Shown in pieces: positions 29,276 to 37,887 of a DNA stretch of 64,000 nucleotides. The notes below the pieces were generated by a model that saw only the letters and a program-made list of their open reading frames with translations, was not told where the DNA came from and did no database searches. The DNA comes from Chlamydiales bacterium (GTDB lineage Bacteria; Chlamydiota; Chlamydiia; Chlamydiales; JACKPQ01). The position numbers and the translations under genes were made by a program. The stretch is from positions 660,582-724,581 of the forward strand of contig JACKPQ010000001.1 of assembly GCA_024233435.1 (NCBI GenBank), in the 5' to 3' direction. The stretch's first letter is position 1. The number at the start of each line of letters is the position of its first letter.

Positions 29276-30141
29276 AACGCCTCATCCTCATTCCAATTTT
29301 GACTATCCTATTTCTAGCTTACAATACGCACTTCAAAAGAACTAAGGGCTTTTGCGTTGAAAAAGTCAAAGCCTATTCACGCCCGGCTGATTCAAAATAT
29401 GACATGCCACAATCTGACTTTGATGCACAATCTGCTTTAAATCAAACCTTCTACTACTTGTCTAGCGGTGCGAGCATGTATGTCTTTGTCTCAGAGGATC
29501 AGCGCTATGTTTTAAAGCTATTTAAACAACGTCATATGCGGCCGTTTTCTGTTTATGAAAAGTTGATCGGTTATCCACTGATTCCAAGCAAGCAAAGATC
29601 TCTTAATAACCGACTCCAATTTAGAAAAAAAGCCTTTGATAGCTGCTTGATTGCCTATTCAAAATTTCGCGACCAAACTGGTGTGCTCTACATGCATCTT
29701 AACCCCACCTCTCATCTTAATGTCCGTTTGCGCCTTGTTGATCATAAAGGATCCCATCTTTTGCTAAATGCTGACAAGGAAGAATATTATATCCAACGTA
29801 AAGGCGAGGGTATCATCGATTGCATTTGCAAATGGCACAGTGAGGGTGAGCGTGAGACCATCCGCAATGCACTTAAATCTCTTGTGGAGCTTATCATCGC
29901 AAGGTGTGAAAGGGAAATTGGAGATTTTGACAACTGCTCTAAAAACTTTGCCTTTATCGATGGTAAAGCCATAGAAATTGACATCGGTGAATTTTGGAAT
30001 GATCCCGGTGTAAAAGAGCGTGTGCATATCAACGCTCACATCATTACAGCAACGTTTGACTTGAGAAATTACCTTGCAAAGCATTACCCTGAGTTACGCG
30101 ATGATTTAGATGAGATCTTAAGAGAGTATGGCGCAGTATAA
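29272..30141 (+). CDS. Membrane-anchored protein-kinase-like protein, paralogue 3
   Basis: N-terminal TM, YLSSGASMYVF, YVLKLFKQRHMR, DFDNCSKNFAF, EIDIGEF. These are the same motif set as 22176..23111 and 23068..23937. Confidence 0.55.
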   Translation: MKRLILIPILTILFLAYNTHFKRTKGFCVEKVKAYSRPADSKYDMPQSDFDAQSALNQTFYYLSSGASMYVFVSEDQRYVLKLFKQRHMRPFSVYEKLIGYPLIPSKQRSLNNRLQFRKKAFDSCLIAYSKFRDQTGVLYMHLNPTSHLNVRLRLVDHKGSHLLLNADKEEYYIQRKGEGIIDCICKWHSEGERETIRNALKSLVELIIARCEREIGDFDNCSKNFAFIDGKAIEIDIGEFWNDPGVKERVHINAHIITATFDLRNYLAKHYPELRDDLDEILREYGAV

Positions 30142-30577
30142 AACACATGCAAAATTCAACCTATTTATCGCCCTGCCCAGCTTTAGCTTAATTGTCTATT
30201 TCTACTTTACACAAGATGTGCGCCTGCTCAGCATTTTTATTGCTGCATTTGCCTACTCAACCCTTTTCATGAACCCTGATCTTGACCTAGCGCACCAAAT
30301 AAAATTCTTAAGCATTCGCGGAGTTCTAACATCTCCATTTCGCCTCTATTCGAAGATTTTTTCTCACAGAGGATTTTCCCACTCCATCGTCTTTGGCACG
30401 CTCTCGCGTCTTCTATTTTTAGCTGTGCTCGCTCTGCTTTGCATGTGGATCTATACGCAGGCAAACCCTTCTTTAAACGGTGTTTGGAGCTTTATTCTCA
30501 ATCACCAAACACCGCTTCTCTATGCTTTTTCTGGGATATTTTTAGCAGATCTTTCACACTTGGCACTTGATATATGA
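30128..30577 (+). CDS. DUF2227-like putative metal-binding membrane protein
   Basis: STLFMNPDLDL and FSHRGFSHSIVFGTLSRLLFL parallel, from memory, the DUF2227 pattern (GPDLD ... HRS.LSHG...GT..RL.YL). There are 3-4 hydrophobic helices. The gene overlaps both neighbours. Confidence 0.5.
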   Translation: MAQYKTHAKFNLFIALPSFSLIVYFYFTQDVRLLSIFIAAFAYSTLFMNPDLDLAHQIKFLSIRGVLTSPFRLYSKIFSHRGFSHSIVFGTLSRLLFLAVLALLCMWIYTQANPSLNGVWSFILNHQTPLLYAFSGIFLADLSHLALDI

Positions 30578-31458
30578 TGCCTCTTAAGATTGAAAACCTA
30601 TCTAAAAAATATGGCTCATTCTGCGCTGTTAATAATGTCTCTTTTGACTTAAAGCCAGGGGAAGTTTTTGGGCTGCTTGGACCAAATGGTGCTGGGAAAA
30701 CCACCATTATCTCTTGCATCATATCGCTTGTTAAACCTTCCAAAGGATCCATTTCCGTATTTGGAAAATCCAACCCTCAAATTACCAAGCAACAGATTGG
30801 ATTTGTTCCGCAAGAACTCATTAGCCATGGCTATTTTACAGTTGAGGAAGTGATGCACATTCACGCCTCTTACTTTGGCCTTTGGCGATGCTCTGCCCAT
30901 ATTGAATATCTTCTGAAAAAACTTGATTTATGGACCCATCGACACAAACATGTCAAACAACTCTCGGGGGGCATGAAAAGGCGTTTGCTGATCGCTAAAG
31001 CCCTTGTTCATAAGCCAAAACTCCTTTTACTCGATGAGCCTACCGCAGGTGTTGACGTTGAGCTGCGCGCTCAGTTATGGGAATTTGTCCGCGATATGCA
31101 AAAGGAAGGAATGACGATTCTATTGACAACACATTATTTAGAAGAGGCTGAAAAGCTATGCGATCGGGTCGGCATTCTGCACCATGGCCACTTGCGCACA
31201 GTTGGGCATACTCAAGGGCTAATCAAAGAGCTCACTCATCGTGAGATCGTTTTAACCCTCTCAAAAAGCGTGGGCAAAATTCATCATCCTGCCCTTCGCT
31301 TGCAAGACGACCATACCCTTATTTTTCTTGTTCCCAGCTCTTATCAGCTCTGCACATTGCTCTTAGAGCTCAACCTGTCTATTGATTCCATCCAAGACCT
31401 ACATATCCGTGAGGGCAACTTAGAAGATGCTTTTCAGCGCGTTCTGGGGGAAACATGA
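30574..31458 (+). CDS. ABC transporter ATP-binding protein (ABC-2/DrrA-type exporter)
   Basis: Walker A GPNGAGKTT, signature LSGGMKRR, Walker B LLLLDEPTAGVD, H-loop TTHYLEEAE. Confidence 0.88.
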   Translation: MMPLKIENLSKKYGSFCAVNNVSFDLKPGEVFGLLGPNGAGKTTIISCIISLVKPSKGSISVFGKSNPQITKQQIGFVPQELISHGYFTVEEVMHIHASYFGLWRCSAHIEYLLKKLDLWTHRHKHVKQLSGGMKRRLLIAKALVHKPKLLLLDEPTAGVDVELRAQLWEFVRDMQKEGMTILLTTHYLEEAEKLCDRVGILHHGHLRTVGHTQGLIKELTHREIVLTLSKSVGKIHHPALRLQDDHTLIFLVPSSYQLCTLLLELNLSIDSIQDLHIREGNLEDAFQRVLGET

Positions 31459-32234
31459 GTAGATCACCATTTTGGGGCGTATTACTGCGAGAGATCAAAC
31501 GCTATCTCAAAGTGCCCTACCAGACACTTGGAACACCCCTGATCAATTCATTGCTCTATCTCTTTATTTTTGGACTGAGCTTAGGGCAGAGCATCACCTT
31601 GCCCGGCTACCCATCCTACCTATTTTTCCTGATCCCTGGACTCATCATGATGACAACTATAAAAAACGCCTTTGATAACGCCTCCAGCTCTGTGGTTTCA
31701 TCAAAATATTCTGGTGAGCTCATCGACTTGCGCATCACCCCTTTAACCCCCACTCATATCGCATCAGGGTTTTGTCTTGCTGGCCTCTCCCGCGGACTAA
31801 TCGTTGCCATAATCACTTATATCACAAGCGCTCTACTCGTCTACTTCACCCAACCCACAAATCTACCTATCACACACCCCTGGATCCTTTTATACTTCAT
31901 TCTAGTTAGCGGGTGCGGTTTTGCCTCAATGGGGCTTACCATTGGCATGCTTTCGAAAAACTTTGACACACTCAATGCCTTTAGTTCTTTTTTGCTTGTC
32001 CCCCTGATTTATCTAGGAGGTGTTTTCTTCTCGCTCAATTCCCTGCACCCTTTTTGGCAACTTATCAGCCGGTTTAACCCCCTGCTCTATATGATCAGTG
32101 GTGTTCGCTATGGGTTCTTAGGGAAATCTGATGTGAGCGTTTCCCTTGCAATGCTTATCAGCTTTCTATTCCTCTGTTTTTTTTATGCGTGTGCCCTTCT
32201 AACTTTGCGAAAAGGTAAAAATTATCATTGGTAA
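31455..32234 (+). CDS. ABC-2 type transporter permease
   Basis: Six hydrophobic segments and an ATGA overlap with the ATPase gene. The size is typical of ABC-2 permeases. Confidence 0.8.
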   Translation: MSRSPFWGVLLREIKRYLKVPYQTLGTPLINSLLYLFIFGLSLGQSITLPGYPSYLFFLIPGLIMMTTIKNAFDNASSSVVSSKYSGELIDLRITPLTPTHIASGFCLAGLSRGLIVAIITYITSALLVYFTQPTNLPITHPWILLYFILVSGCGFASMGLTIGMLSKNFDTLNAFSSFLLVPLIYLGGVFFSLNSLHPFWQLISRFNPLLYMISGVRYGFLGKSDVSVSLAMLISFLFLCFFYACALLTLRKGKNYHW

Positions 32235-32283
32235 TAAATTCTAAACCAAGTAGGCTCTGAGCAAACTGACTAGGAGGTCCTGT

Positions 32284-32541
32284 ATGTGCCTGCCCTGTGT
32301 GGACAAAAGTAAAGCAAAAAACGTTAAACAAATACCATTTACAACCTTTAATCAATTGAAAAAAGACATCATCTTCGAATATTTAAAGTTAAAAGAAGCT
32401 GGAATTATTAAGCAGCAATATCAAATAGAAAAACGCAGTGTTATTGATCCACCAGATAAAGACTACATCTTAGCCATCACTCATTCTTTGCAAGATATCC
32501 CATTGAGCGAAAAAGAAACCGTACGCATTATTTTTGTTTGA
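32284..32541 (+). CDS. Small hypothetical protein (85 aa)
   Basis: The ORF stop overlaps the ATG of the downstream peptidase (TGATG). No motif recognised. Confidence 0.35.
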   Translation: MCLPCVDKSKAKNVKQIPFTTFNQLKKDIIFEYLKLKEAGIIKQQYQIEKRSVIDPPDKDYILAITHSLQDIPLSEKETVRIIFV

Positions 32542-34229
32542 TGAGACCTCTAAACATCGACACTTTAACGCACAAGGCTCTGCGCTTTGGTCAACTCTGC
32601 ATGGACAGGGGAACGCTTTACTGGACTGAGAGCCGTCCAGATGAAAAAGGGCGCAGCGTTCTCATGACCCTTGAAGGGGAAGTGCTGCCCAAAACCACAA
32701 ATATAAAAAGCCGCGTGCATGAGTATGGGGGAGGTTCCTATCTCGTATCTGGTGGCAATATCATATTTACCAACGACACAGATCAACGCGTCTATTTTAA
32801 CGATCAACCCATCACCACAAAAGAACAGGGAAGATTTGCAGACTTTTGCTTTGACGCTAAGCGCGCTTGTATCTACGCAGTGCGCGAGGTCCAAAGCACA
32901 AACACACTTGCACGCATTGACCTTAATGGCATAGTGACAGATATCGCCACAGGCGCTGACTTTTACGCAGAGCCACGCCTTAGCCCCGACGGCTCTTGCA
33001 TTGTCTGGATCAGCTGGAATCATCCCAATATGCCCTGGGACAACACCACCCTTACTCAATGGGATTTTAGCTCGCCCCCAAAAATTTTAGCAGAAAACGC
33101 CTCCATCCAACACCCCATGTGGACCTTAAACAATACATTGTACTACCTCACAGATCAATCTGGTACCTGGAATTTTCCTAGCTATCCCCTCCCAGCAGAC
33201 CTTGGCTACCCACCATGGCTCCTAAACATGAAGCGCTACTGCTTTCACCAAGACAAAATCGCTGCAATTGCAACCACTAATGCTACAGACACACTTTACC
33301 TCATTGACCTAAAGGATAAAACTCACACAGTTATTGAAACACTCTTCACATCCTTCAATGAAATCGTCTCCGACGGGGTCAACCTTTACACCATTGCCTC
33401 AGGCCCTCACGATCTTCCTACCTTAGTTTCTATCCTGCCACAAACACAAATCAAAACCATCCGCAAAAGTAGCGATATTAACCTTAAGAGCCCCTCCCAG
33501 CCGATCTCAATCAATTATGGCAGTGCACACATGTTCTTTTATCCACCTTCTAATAAGCTCTACGACCTTCCACCGCTGATTGTTTCTCCACACAGCGGGC
33601 CCACAGCTCACTATGCACCCACTTTAAACCTAACCGTTGAGTATTGGACCTCGCGTGGATTTGCCTTTGCCGCAGTGAACTACGCAGGCTCAAGCGGCTT
33701 TGGGAAAGCTTATCGCAACCGTCTTAATGGCCAATGGGGTATTTTAGACGCAGCCGACTGCATCAACGCACGCCAATATTTAAAAGACCAGCAACTCATC
33801 GACTCTACCAAATGCGCCATCATAGGCAGTAGCGCAGGCGGTTTTACAGCCCTTGCAACTATTACACAAACCGATGCCTTTGCAGCCGCTATTTCCCTTT
33901 ATGGCATATGCGATGTTAAAGCTCTTTGCACATGCACACACAAATTCGAGTCACACTACAACAACACTCTCATCGGAACTTATTCCCACTCTCCCATTCA
34001 CCACGTCGATAAAATCCGCACACCTGTTCTTCTCATTCATGGGTCAGAGGACAAAATCGTGCCCCCATCACAGTCTGAAGCCCTTTATAGCGCCCTTAAA
34101 GCAAGAAGCATCCCTTGTGAGTACAAGCTGATCGAAGGTGAAGGGCATGGATTTCGCTCTGCAGATGCCATCAAAACCTCTTTCCTCACTCAAGAAAGCT
34201 ATCTCAAATCAGTGCTTGAACTAAAATAA
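32541..34229 (+). CDS. S9-family serine peptidase (prolyl oligopeptidase/acylaminoacyl-peptidase-like)
   Basis: A beta-propeller-sized N-terminal half is followed by a C-terminal alpha/beta hydrolase with the nucleophile elbow GSSAGG, Asp context HGSEDKIVP and His context GEGHGF. Confidence 0.85.
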   Translation: MRPLNIDTLTHKALRFGQLCMDRGTLYWTESRPDEKGRSVLMTLEGEVLPKTTNIKSRVHEYGGGSYLVSGGNIIFTNDTDQRVYFNDQPITTKEQGRFADFCFDAKRACIYAVREVQSTNTLARIDLNGIVTDIATGADFYAEPRLSPDGSCIVWISWNHPNMPWDNTTLTQWDFSSPPKILAENASIQHPMWTLNNTLYYLTDQSGTWNFPSYPLPADLGYPPWLLNMKRYCFHQDKIAAIATTNATDTLYLIDLKDKTHTVIETLFTSFNEIVSDGVNLYTIASGPHDLPTLVSILPQTQIKTIRKSSDINLKSPSQPISINYGSAHMFFYPPSNKLYDLPPLIVSPHSGPTAHYAPTLNLTVEYWTSRGFAFAAVNYAGSSGFGKAYRNRLNGQWGILDAADCINARQYLKDQQLIDSTKCAIIGSSAGGFTALATITQTDAFAAAISLYGICDVKALCTCTHKFESHYNNTLIGTYSHSPIHHVDKIRTPVLLIHGSEDKIVPPSQSEALYSALKARSIPCEYKLIEGEGHGFRSADAIKTSFLTQESYLKSVLELK

Positions 34230-34251
34230 ATATCATGCAAAACTGACGCTT

Positions 34252-35628
34252 ATGTTTTGCACCGTTGCCTCGATTTTTCTTGCCATCGCTGGTTGTCCAA
34301 ATGCAGATAACCAAGAGTATCCAAACGTCATGATTGAACAAGGTCAAGACGAAGAGGCTACATCTCCCCATCCAGCCATCGACACCATCACTCAGTTCTT
34401 TGGAACGCTTGTAGGATCTGGCCCTTATCCAGGCGTGCGCTCTACTTATGGTGGAACAGAGCTTATGGCCCAGCTTTCTCAAATTAACCAAGACCTCGAT
34501 CTACTTATCGGCCATGGCAGAACAGAAAAATACTACAAAGAGCATAACTTCGCCGTAAAAAGCCCCCATATCTTGCTCAGCGGCAAAATGGAAGGCACGG
34601 GGTTTATTGCGATCGATGCATCAGGCAGGCCCTCATCCAACATTGGCCTTACAGGCGCTGAACTCGATATTTTAGCAGCTTACAAAGCCGTTACAGCTTT
34701 TATGGTTATTCAGTATGAAAACTTCCCTTCGCCCATCATCAACAACCGCATCGCCAACCAAAACCTTTTCTTAGATGTTGCTTTTGTCACCCTTGGAGAT
34801 CTCAATCAGTTTCCAATGTACACCACCATCGGACAAACCTTTGTCCCATTTGGACAGTACAACTCTTACAATGGCTTCAACAACCCTCTCACAGAAATTC
34901 TCTTTCGCACTCTTGCAAATGATGGAACCGTCGGCTTTTATACAGACCACTTCCTCGGCCAATTTTTCTTCTTCAAAGGCAGCTCGCACGCAGATTCTGG
35001 AAACAACATCAACAACTTTGGATTTAACCTTGGCACTCACTTTAAAACCGAGCACACCAAAACACTTTGGCAAGTTTCATTCATCCGCAACGTAGCCGAC
35101 TCCCTCGGAATGCAGCTAGCCTTTGCAAATTCGCGCAATACAAACACTTTAAATCATGTTGTCCCAGGCATCAACACCAACATTAGCTTTGCCGTTGGCG
35201 ATCACTGGCACTTCGTTGGAGAGTACAACGGCTCATTGCGCTCATTTTCTGTAGCAGATATGGGCTACAGCACCAATGGTGGCCGCACATTTTCTGGCGC
35301 CCGCCCCCAAGCCTTTGATATTGAAGCTTCCTACCAATTCCAGATCGGAGAAAGACCCAGCGGCCTATCCCTTGGCTGGAGCCAGACCTTTGAAGCTGTC
35401 GGCTTTAACCTGCCTCGTTGGCGCCTCGATCTCACGTGGGCAACTTACATTTTCAAAAACACACTGCTATCCCTAGAATACATGCACAACAAACTCTACG
35501 GAAAAAACGACATTGCAACAGGCCAGCTTGCCTTTGGCCGCGGCGGCTCCATTCCCTACTACCGCAATCCGATCAACAAGGGCAACAGCGATAACACCCT
35601 CACCCTCGACCTTTCCTTTTATTGGTAG
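34252..35628 (+). CDS. Putative outer-membrane beta-barrel protein/porin (possibly lipidated)
   Basis: Lipobox-like LAIAGC. Alternating beta-strand patterns run throughout, and the C-terminus LTLDLSFYW ends in an aromatic residue, as OMP sorting signals do. Confidence 0.6.
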   Translation: MFCTVASIFLAIAGCPNADNQEYPNVMIEQGQDEEATSPHPAIDTITQFFGTLVGSGPYPGVRSTYGGTELMAQLSQINQDLDLLIGHGRTEKYYKEHNFAVKSPHILLSGKMEGTGFIAIDASGRPSSNIGLTGAELDILAAYKAVTAFMVIQYENFPSPIINNRIANQNLFLDVAFVTLGDLNQFPMYTTIGQTFVPFGQYNSYNGFNNPLTEILFRTLANDGTVGFYTDHFLGQFFFFKGSSHADSGNNINNFGFNLGTHFKTEHTKTLWQVSFIRNVADSLGMQLAFANSRNTNTLNHVVPGINTNISFAVGDHWHFVGEYNGSLRSFSVADMGYSTNGGRTFSGARPQAFDIEASYQFQIGERPSGLSLGWSQTFEAVGFNLPRWRLDLTWATYIFKNTLLSLEYMHNKLYGKNDIATGQLAFGRGGSIPYYRNPINKGNSDNTLTLDLSFYW

Positions 35629-37613
35629 CCAGTCGGCCTTCTATTTAAAACCTCGCTAACAATCACAGACCCTTGCCAAGTTCCCATAGAGACCTGTTTG
35701 ATGGTCGTGGGAAACTTTTTAGCCAATACATCGGTTCTGTCCCAGTTGTCAAATGAAGGGTTCAACCGATTAATTTTTACAATTTCTAACTTAGTTTTCC
35801 TTAAATCAACACGAAATAACCAGTCCTGACTATAATCGCCTCCTACCTCGAGCGTTGTGACATTTGACCCTTCTAAAAAACCCGCTCTTTTAAAACTCAT
35901 ATTTTTGACTACAAGAGCTGTGACTGTGTTTGATTTTAAGTATTGTCCTAAAGCCTTAAAAAATTCTTCGTCCTTGCCACCTATCTCTGGGGAGTCGATT
36001 GTCAAGACAGAGTCAGCTGTCAATCTGGAAAAAATGCTCTCGCATATGCCTTGCCTAATAGCGAGATGAATCAGGTCCTTTTCTAATAGCTGTTCTTGAT
36101 CCGCATGCTCAATCAAAAAGCTAGCCATTCCATCTGGATAGTTAGGCTCAGCAGCTAAGCTCTCATCTGTAATCCAAAATTTCAGTGAACCAGCCTTTTC
36201 CTTTAATTCAGGCAAGTTCCCTGTTACAATTAATTGTTCGAGCTCTATCAGCTTCCTTCTATGTTGAAACAAATCCTCACGCTCTTCATTCTCTTCCAAA
36301 TCAGAGAAACTTCCTGTATAAACTCTCCTAGTGTCTGTGTAATTATAGCCATCCTCATCTATTGCTAATCCATTCATTACAAGACAATTAACTTTTAAAT
36401 CACTGAAGATCTCAGACATTACAGCCTCTGTAAGGCCTGGGTTATCGCTTAGATTTAAATATTCCAGATCACAACGGTCTAAGCTAAGTCTTATAGCAAT
36501 GAAATCACTAAAGTTCAAAAAACTAGAACTTAAATCTAAATAACGAACTTTTGAGGTAGCAACGGCATTTATGCAAGCGTTCAGCAGCTTAGAATTTTTA
36601 CTTCTTAATCTCAAGTGGGTAACATTAAGCTTACCTATGCATAATAGCAAAAGCTCGAGTGCCGAGTCATTTTCCTCTGAAAAGCTAATGATATGCTCTT
36701 CAGGAGGGGCAACTTCAATTTCTAATAATTTAGCCTCACTAATTGCATCATCGGGAAAGCAAAAATTATTTGTGCTGAGTGCTTTGATTAAGAATAGTCT
36801 AATTTCATCTGAAGAACGAACTATTGTGGACGCTCTTATCACCTCCGATAGTGCGTCCTTATTGCCTTTTAAATGGCTTTGAATTGCATCCAAATTATTA
36901 CAGTTTATAGCACCACGAAACTTAGAAAAGTCGTCTCTTAAAATCTTTGAGTTAATAGGTACCAGAGCTATATTATTCCAATAAAATTTAAGTTTTTTCT
37001 CACCCATTTTTATTGCAAATACCTCTATATCCCGTACCGTCAATTTAGTTTCGCTCAAAACGATCGACTGAACAGATGAGTCTTTGATGCATTTTACCAA
37101 GCTGAATAGGTCAGCTTTGCTAAGATTACATTGGCTCAAATCTAACAGCTTGGTCTCAAACATTTTTAGATAATTGCGTAGCAAAAAGGAAAGCTTGTTA
37201 GTATACTCTTGACAATGACCTCCTAGAACGAGTGAGCGTTTATTGCACTTAGCATAATCATCACCTAAATTCTGAAAAATAAGTTGGGCAATCTCTGCTG
37301 AGCAATCCGTTTCAATATAGCCCAACAGCTGCTCACCACACAGTTCACTGAATTCACAAAGTATTTCTCTTAGCTTTTCTACATCCCTCTTATTTATAGC
37401 CTCACGGCACAAACCAGCTTGCTGAGCTAGCAGCCCATCGAGAAGGTAAGGCAGATTTTCATCTTCTTCGACCCGCCGCCGCTTGTATTCCTCCTTACCT
37501 AAGATTTGCCCTGCAGCTTTTCTTGCTTTTGAATCTGTACTGGACCCGTTTGCTGCATTGGGCTGATAGGACCCTAAAAAACGTTCACCACTAGGACCTG
37601 AAACGTTACTCAT
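35619..37613 (-). CDS. Large RNI-type leucine-rich-repeat protein (eukaryote-like, candidate effector)
   Basis: Repeated LDLSQCNLSKADLFSLVKCI, LDLSSSFLNFSDFIAI and LNLSDNPGLTEAVMSEI type units. No signal peptide. The N-terminus is unstructured and Ser/Gly-rich. Confidence 0.7.
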   Translation of the reverse strand: MSNVSGPSGERFLGSYQPNAANGSSTDSKARKAAGQILGKEEYKRRRVEEDENLPYLLDGLLAQQAGLCREAINKRDVEKLREILCEFSELCGEQLLGYIETDCSAEIAQLIFQNLGDDYAKCNKRSLVLGGHCQEYTNKLSFLLRNYLKMFETKLLDLSQCNLSKADLFSLVKCIKDSSVQSIVLSETKLTVRDIEVFAIKMGEKKLKFYWNNIALVPINSKILRDDFSKFRGAINCNNLDAIQSHLKGNKDALSEVIRASTIVRSSDEIRLFLIKALSTNNFCFPDDAISEAKLLEIEVAPPEEHIISFSEENDSALELLLLCIGKLNVTHLRLRSKNSKLLNACINAVATSKVRYLDLSSSFLNFSDFIAIRLSLDRCDLEYLNLSDNPGLTEAVMSEIFSDLKVNCLVMNGLAIDEDGYNYTDTRRVYTGSFSDLEENEEREDLFQHRRKLIELEQLIVTGNLPELKEKAGSLKFWITDESLAAEPNYPDGMASFLIEHADQEQLLEKDLIHLAIRQGICESIFSRLTADSVLTIDSPEIGGKDEEFFKALGQYLKSNTVTALVVKNMSFKRAGFLEGSNVTTLEVGGDYSQDWLFRVDLRKTKLEIVKINRLNPSFDNWDRTDVLAKKFPTTIKQVSMGTWQGSVIVSEVLNRRPTGYQ

Positions 37614-37887
37614 AATTTCCTCTATTTATTGTAATACTTAACATAAGCACGGGGGAGTCTACTATCAATTCGACTTTTTGATCAACTCTTCTGAAACCCA
37701 TCTAGTTCACTTTGGTATAAAGTTTTTGTAAAGAAAAGCAGAGCTTACTGAACTTTATAAAAACAACTTACAGCATTAAACCTTTCACTTTTGATCATTT
37801 TTCGCCATTTTTCACTATTAACTACTAGCTATTTAATTCTCAGGCCAATATGATTGGAAGCGGTGATGCGATAACCGACGGAGAATC

